From the IMG/VR virus record IMGVR_UViG_3300008110_000249: 64,000 bases of DNA; one strand, 5' to 3'. The stretch is from an uncultured virus (IMG/VR IMGVR_UViG_3300008110_000249) (taxonomy: Duplodnaviria; Heunggongvirae; Uroviricota; Caudoviricetes). The position numbers and the translations under genes are program-made. The notes beneath the pieces were generated by a model that searched no databases, was not told the DNA's origin, and saw only the letters and a program-made list of their open reading frames with translations. Positions 29,506-37,483 of the stretch are shown piece after piece (position 1 is the first letter of the stretch; each line of letters opens with the position of its first letter).

Positions 29506-30026
29506 TTATGTGGATACTCAATATTTTACCTGAAGCAGCAATACATTGGACTCTAAGTATTAGTATTATAGGTATACTAATTTCTTTTGTTATAGGCATA
29601 TTTCCTGTAATCAAAACTTATAAATTGCCTATACAAATAATTAGTGTGATTTTACTATCATATACTCTTTACTTAGAAGGGTCATTGGCCAAGAAGAAAG
29701 AGTATGAATTGGCTTTAAAAAATATGGAAATAAAGATTGCTAAAGCAGAAGCTGAAGCGGCAAATAAAAATGTTGAGATTCAAGAAAAAATAGTAGAAAA
29801 GACTAAAGTCGTAAGAGAAAAAGGTAAAAAACAAATAGAATATATTACAAAAATTGAAAAGGGTGATACCTTAACAATTGTAAAAGACATGAGTGAAGAA
29901 GAAAGAAAAAAATTTCAATCTCAAATTGAAGAACTTAGAAAGTTTAATGAATCCTGCACTATCCCCAGTATTATAATTGAACAACATAATGCTGCTGCAC
30001 AAAAAACGGATAATACAAAAAAATGA
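29502..30026 (+). CDS. Membrane-anchored coiled-coil protein, putative i-spanin
   Basis: N-terminal TM helices, long coiled coil, directly followed by a lipoprotein. Confidence 0.55.
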   Translation: MIMWILNILPEAAIHWTLSISIIGILISFVIGIFPVIKTYKLPIQIISVILLSYTLYLEGSLAKKKEYELALKNMEIKIAKAEAEAANKNVEIQEKIVEKTKVVREKGKKQIEYITKIEKGDTLTIVKDMSEEERKKFQSQIEELRKFNESCTIPSIIIEQHNAAAQKTDNTKK

Positions 30027-30286
30027 AATTTTTAATTTGTTCTTTTATTGTAATAATTTCAGGATGTGCATATGCCCCGGTGAAGCCGGAGTTTCCTAAA
30101 GCAACTCCCATATTAATGCAGAAATGTGAAGAGTTGCAAAAAATAGAAGGAAATACAGTTACTATAACAGAAATGCTTAAAACTATAGTAAACAACTATA
30201 CTTTATACTACGAATGTTCTACTAAAGTAGAAGGTTGGCAAGACTGGTACATAGAACAAAAAAAGATATATGAAAGTATCAAGTAG
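30023..30286 (+). CDS. Lipoprotein, putative o-spanin
   Basis: Lipobox ISGC, Pro-rich start (PVKPEFP), C..L and Y.EC motifs. Confidence 0.6.
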   Translation: MKFLICSFIVIISGCAYAPVKPEFPKATPILMQKCEELQKIEGNTVTITEMLKTIVNNYTLYYECSTKVEGWQDWYIEQKKIYESIK

Positions 30287-30527
30287 TATCTTCTTAACAA
30301 CATTTTTTTTAATGGGATGTGTTTCTCCAGCAGAACAAGCATACTATGATACTGCTAAATCAATAAGCAAAGATCAAACAATGGCTCAAACTGCATGTTG
30401 GGCAGCAGTAAGCGAAATAGCCAAAAACGGAGATGAGTCTGTAAAGGCCAATGCTATGCGCTTGGGTTATTACACATGTAAGGTAGAAACTATAAAATTA
30501 GAGACTCCCAAACGTTTAGGACTTTAA
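30270..30527 (+). CDS. Small lipoprotein
   Basis: Lipobox LMGC. Confidence 0.55.
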   Translation: MKVSSSIFLTTFFLMGCVSPAEQAYYDTAKSISKDQTMAQTACWAAVSEIAKNGDESVKANAMRLGYYTCKVETIKLETPKRLGL

Positions 30528-30552
30528 GATAAATATCTTATAGGATCATAAA

Positions 30553-31323
30553 ATGGTTAAGCAGGTAAAAACAGCATCAACTACGTTTACTAATACTATG
30601 ACTCAGGCTAGTGTTTTTCCTGTGGCTGAAATACAGAATTCTAATGTAAATCCTCAATTGACAACGGCAGTCCCGGTGACAACAGTTAATAATATAGGTA
30701 TACAAGCAAATAATTTATATATTTCAGGGGTGACTTTATCTACTACAAATAGTACACCATTACCACTAGGTTATACCTCAATACCATATGGATCACAAGA
30801 ATATATCAATATAGGTGCATATCCTAACGATGGTACCGGCGATCCGTTAAGGGTAGCATTTGATAAAATTAATAATAACTTTTCTAATTTATTTGCTACT
30901 ACATTCAGTACATCTGAAAGCATTACTACAGGACTAACATCTAACCAAGTTATACTAGAACAACCAGTTAATACCTTTATGCAAGGTGTATTTCAAATTA
31001 GAAGTTATGATCCTACAAATATAGATATGCAAGATATTACTTTATCAGCATCAATCACAAACGATGCTAATTCTGTAAAATTTACCGGGTATGCAACTCT
31101 TTTTGACGGTAATGCATTATGTAGATATGATATGGACGTATTTAATGATAGTGTTAGAATACTAGTTAACCCGTTAATAAATACTGACATACATCATTAT
31201 ATTTCATATCAAGTTACTAACTCAGGCGCTGTCGAAGGACCTTCTATTGCTCTAAATGGATATCCATCTGATTTTATTATGAGTACTGAAGATGATATAG
31301 AATTAATTGCTGAAGGTGGATAA
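30553..31323 (+). CDS. Virion structural protein with T4 gp9/gp10 baseplate-like motif
   Basis: INIGAYPNDGTGDPLRVAFDKINNNF; preceded by TAAATA. Confidence 0.7.
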   Translation: MVKQVKTASTTFTNTMTQASVFPVAEIQNSNVNPQLTTAVPVTTVNNIGIQANNLYISGVTLSTTNSTPLPLGYTSIPYGSQEYINIGAYPNDGTGDPLRVAFDKINNNFSNLFATTFSTSESITTGLTSNQVILEQPVNTFMQGVFQIRSYDPTNIDMQDITLSASITNDANSVKFTGYATLFDGNALCRYDMDVFNDSVRILVNPLINTDIHHYISYQVTNSGAVEGPSIALNGYPSDFIMSTEDDIELIAEGG

Positions 31324-31719
31324 ATGAGAGCAAAAGAATTTATTTCTGAACAAAAACTATCAGATGTGCATGATGGTTTACAAGTGGCAGCAAAAGCATT
31401 GCCTAATACCTTTGTGATTACTGATTTAAAAAATCAAGATTTTTATGAATTATATAGGTTTGGAATAGCGATTGCAGATGTGCGCGGCAATCAGGGTAGT
31501 GATGATGTAAACAATTATAAGCCTAACTTTGAAGCAGAGAGTGACTGGGGTGAAAATCAAATAGTCAGCAGTTTTGATCCTAACGTAGGAAAAGTAATAG
31601 ATCAAGCATTAGCCAAGGTACACAAAAAAGGAAAAAAAGCAGTAAGTACTCCGGGTAGTGAAGAAATGGATGATACAGATTATAAGTCACCTGTTATACC
31701 CTTCAAGGGATACGAATAA
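31324..31719 (+). CDS. Putative head-internal protein (MRAKEFISE leader), paralog 1
   Basis: N-terminus resembles T4 capsid-targeting sequence MKTYQEFIAE; ends PFKGYE. Confidence 0.6.
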   Translation: MRAKEFISEQKLSDVHDGLQVAAKALPNTFVITDLKNQDFYELYRFGIAIADVRGNQGSDDVNNYKPNFEAESDWGENQIVSSFDPNVGKVIDQALAKVHKKGKKAVSTPGSEEMDDTDYKSPVIPFKGYE

Positions 31720-32090
31720 TGAGAGCAAAAGAATTCATTAGTGAAGAGAAAAAAGGAAAATTAACACCTAGGCAACGGTTTGCTTCCAAAGGTATACATA
31801 TTTTTAGCGATACTAATTACGATAGATCTTATGATTTAAATAGGGTAATGATGGCAGTAGCATCTACTGACGGCATCTCTGCACCTGTAATGGATGGTGA
31901 GAGTTGGAATTCAAAATATAATACAGGTCATCCGTATACCAAGATAGAATCTGATATGCTAAAGTTAGCGTATAAAGCAGTAGGGGTACCATTTAAAGAT
32001 TTGAATCACGGTGATTTAAGAAGTCAAGAATTACCCTCGACCAATAAACAAAGCATTGTAAAATCATTTAAAGGGTACGAGAAAAAATAA
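31719..32090 (+). CDS. Putative head-internal protein (MRAKEFISE leader), paralog 2
   Basis: Same leader; shared Y.L.R...A.A and FKGYE motifs with paralog 1. Confidence 0.6.
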   Translation: MRAKEFISEEKKGKLTPRQRFASKGIHIFSDTNYDRSYDLNRVMMAVASTDGISAPVMDGESWNSKYNTGHPYTKIESDMLKLAYKAVGVPFKDLNHGDLRSQELPSTNKQSIVKSFKGYEKK

Positions 32091-32143
32091 TAGTAAAGGT
32101 AATTAACGAATAAGTAGTTGTATATTTTTATAACTTATACACT

Positions 32144-32836
32144 ATGATCGATATAAACACTACCTTGGATTTAGTAAAATTAAAGTTTTACAACGAATGG
32201 CTATATACTGCTCATATATATGATGAAGGTGACAGTCAATTTCACAAAGAATTAACTACTCAAGTTGTTAATACTTATGTAGATCCATTGAATCTTCCTA
32301 AAGATGCTAAAATTCTAGATTTAGGGTGCGGCCCGGGCTATTTTTTAGATGAAATGAAATCTAGAGAATATACTGACGTTATCGGAGTTACTCTTAGTCC
32401 AGGTGATATTAAACTCTGTGAAGATAAAGGTCATACTATTAAAAAATATGATTTGAGTTTTCTACCACAAAAAGACGGGTATTATGACGAAAGTGTAGAT
32501 TTCATATTTCTACGACACGCATTAGAACATAGTCCCTATCCTATCTTTAGTTTAATGGAATACAACCGAGTGTTGAAACAAGGTGGGAAAATATACATAG
32601 AAGTGCCTGCACCAAATTGTGATAGAAAGCACGAATTTAACTTGAATCATTATAGTATCCTAGGTGATCAGATGATAGTTGCTCTATTACAAAGAACTGG
32701 GTTTGATCTTAATCTTTTCAATAGTTTAGAATTTGATTTGGGTATCAAAGATACGCCTGACGGGGAAGCAAGAAAAGTCAGGGAAAAGTTCTATTGTATC
32801 TTAGCCACTAAAGCAAGACCCTTAGATATTAAATAA
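32144..32836 (+). CDS. Class I SAM-dependent methyltransferase
   Basis: ILDLGCGPG, GVTLS, HALEH, RVLKQGGKIYIEVP. Confidence 0.9.
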   Translation: MIDINTTLDLVKLKFYNEWLYTAHIYDEGDSQFHKELTTQVVNTYVDPLNLPKDAKILDLGCGPGYFLDEMKSREYTDVIGVTLSPGDIKLCEDKGHTIKKYDLSFLPQKDGYYDESVDFIFLRHALEHSPYPIFSLMEYNRVLKQGGKIYIEVPAPNCDRKHEFNLNHYSILGDQMIVALLQRTGFDLNLFNSLEFDLGIKDTPDGEARKVREKFYCILATKARPLDIK

Positions 32837-32867
32837 AGATAAATACTCACTATAAGTGAGTATTTTT

Positions 32868-34475
32868 ATGGCAATCCCAACCCCAACTGAAGTCGCACCC
32901 TGGTATCTTAGAAACATAACCCAAGCACTGGAATTAGATTCAGTAACTGGGCAAGTTCATGTAAGATCAAGTATTGTAGGCGGTAATGTTACTATTGCAG
33001 GCAATGTTATTGTCAGCAATGTCACTGTAGATGCTATAGGAAACATTGATGTTAGTGGGCCTACAATGCCCGTCAGTGGTAATATTAATATTGACGCAGG
33101 TAATGTCACAGTATTACAAGGAACTGACCCGTGGGTAGTTTCAGGAAATGTTAATATTGACAACTTCCCTGCTACAACAGCAGTAACACAAAGCACTGAT
33201 CCTTGGATTATAGAAGGCAATGTAAATGCTACACTACAGGGAACATCGTTAGTAAATTTTATACCTGAAGCAACTGATTCATTCGGAAGACTTCGCGTAA
33301 GTACTCCATACACCTTATACGATACACAGGTAAGGTATTATGATCACGAGCAATTTAGTTCTAATATAGCAGGTACTGCCAATGTAGTTTACAACTCTAA
33401 TTCTAGCACATTTGAATTAAATGTAGGAACAACTATAAATGATAGTGTTTTAAGAGAAACAGTAAGAGTATTTCCATATCAGCCGGGTAAAAGTTTATTG
33501 ATACTTAATACATTCTGTATGGCAACTCCCAAAACAGGCTTAAGACAGCGTTCAGGATATTTTGGAGCAAATAATGGCATATACTTTGAGGTCTCGGGTA
33601 CTACATTGAATATGGTTATTCGTAGTAGTAGCACAGGTATATTAGTAGAAGATAGAATAGCACAATCTAGTTGGAATGGTGATAGATTAAATGGATTAGG
33701 CGGCGCAAACAATCCTAGCGGTTTAACATTAAATCCGGCACTAGACCAAATTTGGTGGACCGATATTGAATGGTTGGGTGTAGGAAGTGTAAGGGTGGGT
33801 TTTATAATTGATGGCATCTATATTACATGTCATACATTTCAACATGCAAACACACCAAGTACCTTAACTGCTGATAATACTACAACCTATATGGGTACAG
33901 CCTCATTGCCCATACGCTATGAAATAACAAATACTGGTGGAACAGCATCACCTAGTATGATGCGTCAAATTTGTTCAAGTGTAATATCTGAAGGGGGGTT
34001 TCAACCATCTGGTAACCCAAGAGCAGCCGCGCATCTATTAGGTAGCCCAGTCACATTACTTAATACCGGTGCATTCAAACCAGTCATGTCTATAAGACTA
34101 AAAAGTACCATGTTAGATGCTATTGTGGTTCCGATAAACTATTCTATTGTTCCGGTATCACAGAGTTTATTCCAATACCGTATATATAAGTATGCTATTA
34201 CTAGTGGCGGTACATGGGTAGATTCAGCAGCAGATAGTGCAGTGCAATATAATTTAAGTCCAACTGCATTAGTAAGCGGTGATATAGCGGAACAATCATT
34301 TATTAACTCTACTAATCAAAGCAGTGGTTCACCCACGCAAGAATCATTCAGTTTTACATATCAACTTGAAAGAGAGCCGTTTACTGGAGTAGCATACGAA
34401 TATGTAATTATGATGGCTACTACTGGGCAAAATCAAGATGTATATGTAAGTATCGAATGGCAAGAAGTAACTTAA
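32868..34475 (+). CDS. Probable virion structural protein (beta-rich, short N-terminal V.GNV repeats)
   Basis: Repeated GNVT/GNVN units, DSFGRLRVS, YQPGKS; Thr/Ser/Gly rich; late promoter upstream; ATG at 32868 preferred. Confidence 0.6.
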   Translation: MAIPTPTEVAPWYLRNITQALELDSVTGQVHVRSSIVGGNVTIAGNVIVSNVTVDAIGNIDVSGPTMPVSGNINIDAGNVTVLQGTDPWVVSGNVNIDNFPATTAVTQSTDPWIIEGNVNATLQGTSLVNFIPEATDSFGRLRVSTPYTLYDTQVRYYDHEQFSSNIAGTANVVYNSNSSTFELNVGTTINDSVLRETVRVFPYQPGKSLLILNTFCMATPKTGLRQRSGYFGANNGIYFEVSGTTLNMVIRSSSTGILVEDRIAQSSWNGDRLNGLGGANNPSGLTLNPALDQIWWTDIEWLGVGSVRVGFIIDGIYITCHTFQHANTPSTLTADNTTTYMGTASLPIRYEITNTGGTASPSMMRQICSSVISEGGFQPSGNPRAAAHLLGSPVTLLNTGAFKPVMSIRLKSTMLDAIVVPINYSIVPVSQSLFQYRIYKYAITSGGTWVDSAADSAVQYNLSPTALVSGDIAEQSFINSTNQSSGSPTQESFSFTYQLEREPFTGVAYEYVIMMATTGQNQDVYVSIEWQEVT

Positions 34476-34476
34476 T

Positions 34477-34722
34477 ATGAAAGATGGCGACTTAATTACT
34501 TGGATATTCAAAATAACTATACTTACTTTGGCAGCGATTGTATTATGTGTAGTTATAGTCATGATGTTCGGGTTGTTCGATGATCGTGTAAACAATGAGA
34601 AAGTATTTGAAATTATAGGGCCGGCGTTTAGTACAGTAGTCGGTGCTTTTGTAGGATTACTAGGTGGACTTACAATAAACGGTGGCAAATCAAAAGGTTG
34701 CCCTAAAGACGATTCCAAATAA
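34477..34722 (+). CDS. Small two-TM membrane protein (holin-like candidate)
   Basis: Two hydrophobic helices, charged C-terminal tail. Confidence 0.5.
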   Translation: MKDGDLITWIFKITILTLAAIVLCVVIVMMFGLFDDRVNNEKVFEIIGPAFSTVVGAFVGLLGGLTINGGKSKGCPKDDSK

Positions 34723-34731
34723 ATAAAGTTT

Positions 34732-35655
34732 ATGAGTGTAACACCTTCGTTCGTTAAAACACCGTATACTAAAACAAAGTTTGCAACGCAAAAAGAGTTG
34801 GATGACTTTATAAAATGTTGTGACCCCGACACAGGTTATCTATATTTTATGGATAACTTTTTTATGATACAACACCCCACGCGTGGTAGCATGGTGTACC
34901 ATCCGTGGGACTATCAAAAAAGATTAATAGAAACTTATCATAAGTATCGTTTTAGTATTAGCCTAATGCCTCGCCAGAGTGGCAAATCAACAAGTGCTGC
35001 AGGATATTTACTTTGGTATGCTATGTTCGTACCAGATAGTACAATTCTTATTGCGGCACACAAATACACAGGCGCGCAGGAAATTATGCAGCGTATTCGC
35101 TATGCATATGAAAATTGCCCCGACCATATCAAAGCGGGCGTGACTACTTATAACAAAGGTTCCTTAGATTTTGAAAACGGATCTAGAATAGTATCTGCTA
35201 CTACTACTGAAACCACCGGTCGCGGAATGTCTATTTCTTTGTTATACTTAGACGAGTTTGCTTTCGTTCGGCCATCTATTGCTGAGTTATTTTGGACCTC
35301 AATTACACCCACGTTGAGTACTGGGGGTAAAGCGATTATAACTAGCACACCCAACAGTGACGAAGATCAGTTTGCACTTATTTGGAAACAAGCCAATAAA
35401 TGTGAAGATGCATATGGGAATGAAACTGAATTAGGAATCAATGGTTTCAGAGCATATAGAGCGCAATGGAGTGAACAGCCCGGAAGAGATGAAAAATGGG
35501 CTACTGAAATGAAAGCTCAATTAGGCGAAGATCGTTTCCGTCGAGAAATAGGATGCTTTAACGGTGAAACACAAATAAACCTAAAAGATTCAACCGGTAA
35601 AATATTCACGGCTACAATGTCGGATCTAGAGAAATTATTAAATGACGATAAATAA
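34732..35655 (+). CDS. terL: Terminase large subunit N-terminal ATPase part fused to split-intein N-fragment
   Basis: PRQSGKS Walker A, LYLDEFAF Walker B, ITSTPN, FRREIG then CFNGET... intein block A (35554..35652, 33 aa). Confidence 0.92.
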   Translation: MSVTPSFVKTPYTKTKFATQKELDDFIKCCDPDTGYLYFMDNFFMIQHPTRGSMVYHPWDYQKRLIETYHKYRFSISLMPRQSGKSTSAAGYLLWYAMFVPDSTILIAAHKYTGAQEIMQRIRYAYENCPDHIKAGVTTYNKGSLDFENGSRIVSATTTETTGRGMSISLLYLDEFAFVRPSIAELFWTSITPTLSTGGKAIITSTPNSDEDQFALIWKQANKCEDAYGNETELGINGFRAYRAQWSEQPGRDEKWATEMKAQLGEDRFRREIGCFNGETQINLKDSTGKIFTATMSDLEKLLNDDK

Positions 35656-36700
35656 AAGTGTAGTTCGCGGAATGGGGATTCCCAACTACTCTAATGCTAT
35701 AAAGGAGCAATCAGCATGACTATTTATTCACCTCAGTGTATACCTACAGGATATTATGTATACGCCTATTTACGACAAGACGGTACACCTTATTATATAG
35801 GCAAAGGTAAAAACAAACGAGCATGGCAGAAACATGAAACTATAAAAAGACCGTCGTATATCAACATTATTATATTAGAGCAATCACTTACTGAAATAGG
35901 TGCAGTTGCATTAGAAAGAAGGATGATATGTTGGTATGGTAGAAAAGATTTAGGTACGGGAATATTGCGAAACAGAACTGATGGAGGTGATGGTACATTC
36001 AACTGTATGCCTTGGAATAAAGGGTTGAAGTTACCCAACCACGGCGGACGTAATAAAGGAACAGTATGGTCACCTGATGAGCGAGAGTCGCAACGCAAAG
36101 TTCGGTCTGCCCTGAATTATTACAATTATTTAAAAGACCCGGTAAGATGCCAAAGTATAAGCACTGCCCAAAAAGGTAGAGTGGGTACGAGTTTAGGTAA
36201 AAAATGGTTTAATGACGGAATAAACGAGTATTATGGTGATAGTGTACCGATAGGATTAACTGCCGGCAGGTTAATAAACAATCAATCTAAAAAAGGATTA
36301 AGATGGTTTAATAACGGAAAAGAAAATAGGCAGTTTAGAGAAGGCACACAGTTAGAAGGATTTATACATGGCAGAGTTAGTAAAAAATAAATTAGGATTA
36401 GAAATTCTCACTGATAATGGCTGGGAACCATTTGATGGTATAGTCAATCAAGGAATTAAGCACACTATAATAGTAGAGACAGAAATTACTAAGGTGACTC
36501 TTACTCCTGACCATCAAATTTACATTAATGTTGATGAGAAAATTTCTGCGGAACGCCTTAAACCAGGTGATTTAATTTCTACTCTCCACGGCCCACAACA
36601 AGTTATATCAATAAAAGAAAATCTATTAGAAAACGTGTACGACATTGTAAACGCAGGTGCTAATAAGAGATTTTACGCTAATGATATATTGTGTTCCAAT
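35554..36700 (+). mobile_element. Split intein (IntN 33 aa, IntC 111 aa) with intervening free-standing homing endonuclease gene
   Basis: IntN starts at Cys1; IntC has TPDH (block B TxxH), VYDIV (block F) and ends ILCSN before Cys+1; splicing restores RREIG-CEFI. Confidence 0.88.
35716..36390 (+). CDS. GIY-YIG-like homing endonuclease
   Basis: YYVYAYLRQDGTPYYIGKG..R, E..MI..YGRKDLGTGILRN.TDGG, PWNKG, two (K/R)WFN(D/N)G repeats; AAGGAG RBS. Confidence 0.85.
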   Translation: MTIYSPQCIPTGYYVYAYLRQDGTPYYIGKGKNKRAWQKHETIKRPSYINIIILEQSLTEIGAVALERRMICWYGRKDLGTGILRNRTDGGDGTFNCMPWNKGLKLPNHGGRNKGTVWSPDERESQRKVRSALNYYNYLKDPVRCQSISTAQKGRVGTSLGKKWFNDGINEYYGDSVPIGLTAGRLINNQSKKGLRWFNNGKENRQFREGTQLEGFIHGRVSKK

Positions 36701-37426
36701 TGCGAATTTATTATCGCCGATGAAACTCTAATTAATCCTACTACGCTAATAGATTTAGAGGGCATAGATCCTATTAATAGAATGGGTCAGGTTCGCTGGT
36801 ATGAAAAGCCAAAAAAAGGAAATATCTATTCAGTGTCACTGGATCCTAGTCTAGGTACGGGAAGTGATCCTGCTGCCATACAAATTTTTGAAGCAAACAC
36901 TACGACTCAGATAGGTGAATGGAAACACAATAAAACAGATATTCCTACTCAAATTAAATTATTAGCCCAAATAAACAAATATATCCAAGAATGCACTGAA
37001 GAACCTAGTAATATATACTATTCTATAGAAAACAATAGTATAGGCGAAGCAGCATTGATATCACTGAATGAATACGGGGAAATAAACATACCCGGTATTT
37101 TCCTCAGTGAACGTGGTAAAAAGAGGAAAGGGTTTAATACTACACATAAAGTAAAAATTGCAGCATGTGCTAAGTTTAAAACCTTAGTAGAAAGTAGAAA
37201 AATGAAGATTTATAGTAAAAGTTTAGTGAGTGAACTTAAAACCTTCGTTGCTATGGCAGGAAGTTACGCAGCAAAAATTGGTGAAACTGATGACTTAGTA
37301 ATGGCTTCATTATTAAATATACGAATGATGCAAGAATTATCCGAATATCACATGAACTTAGAAGAACATATGCGTGATCATGATGAATATGTACAACCTT
37401 TGCCTTTTTTTGCAGTTATAAGTTAA
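36368..37426 (+). CDS. terL: Split-intein C-fragment fused to terminase large subunit C-terminal nuclease domain
   Basis: IntC aa 1-111, then CEFIIADE...SLDPSLGTGSD...IENNSIG...DDLVMA RNase-H-like nuclease motifs. Confidence 0.92.
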   Translation: MAELVKNKLGLEILTDNGWEPFDGIVNQGIKHTIIVETEITKVTLTPDHQIYINVDEKISAERLKPGDLISTLHGPQQVISIKENLLENVYDIVNAGANKRFYANDILCSNCEFIIADETLINPTTLIDLEGIDPINRMGQVRWYEKPKKGNIYSVSLDPSLGTGSDPAAIQIFEANTTTQIGEWKHNKTDIPTQIKLLAQINKYIQECTEEPSNIYYSIENNSIGEAALISLNEYGEINIPGIFLSERGKKRKGFNTTHKVKIAACAKFKTLVESRKMKIYSKSLVSELKTFVAMAGSYAAKIGETDDLVMASLLNIRMMQELSEYHMNLEEHMRDHDEYVQPLPFFAVIS

Positions 37427-37483
37427 TTCATATACTTTCATTTATTATAGTTTGATAAATACTTTATTAACATACTAATAAAA

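Noticed and set aside
35556..36700. Group I intron in terminase
   Set aside because: Both flanks encode recognisable intein blocks and the non-coding gap is only about 60 nt, too short for a ribozyme core
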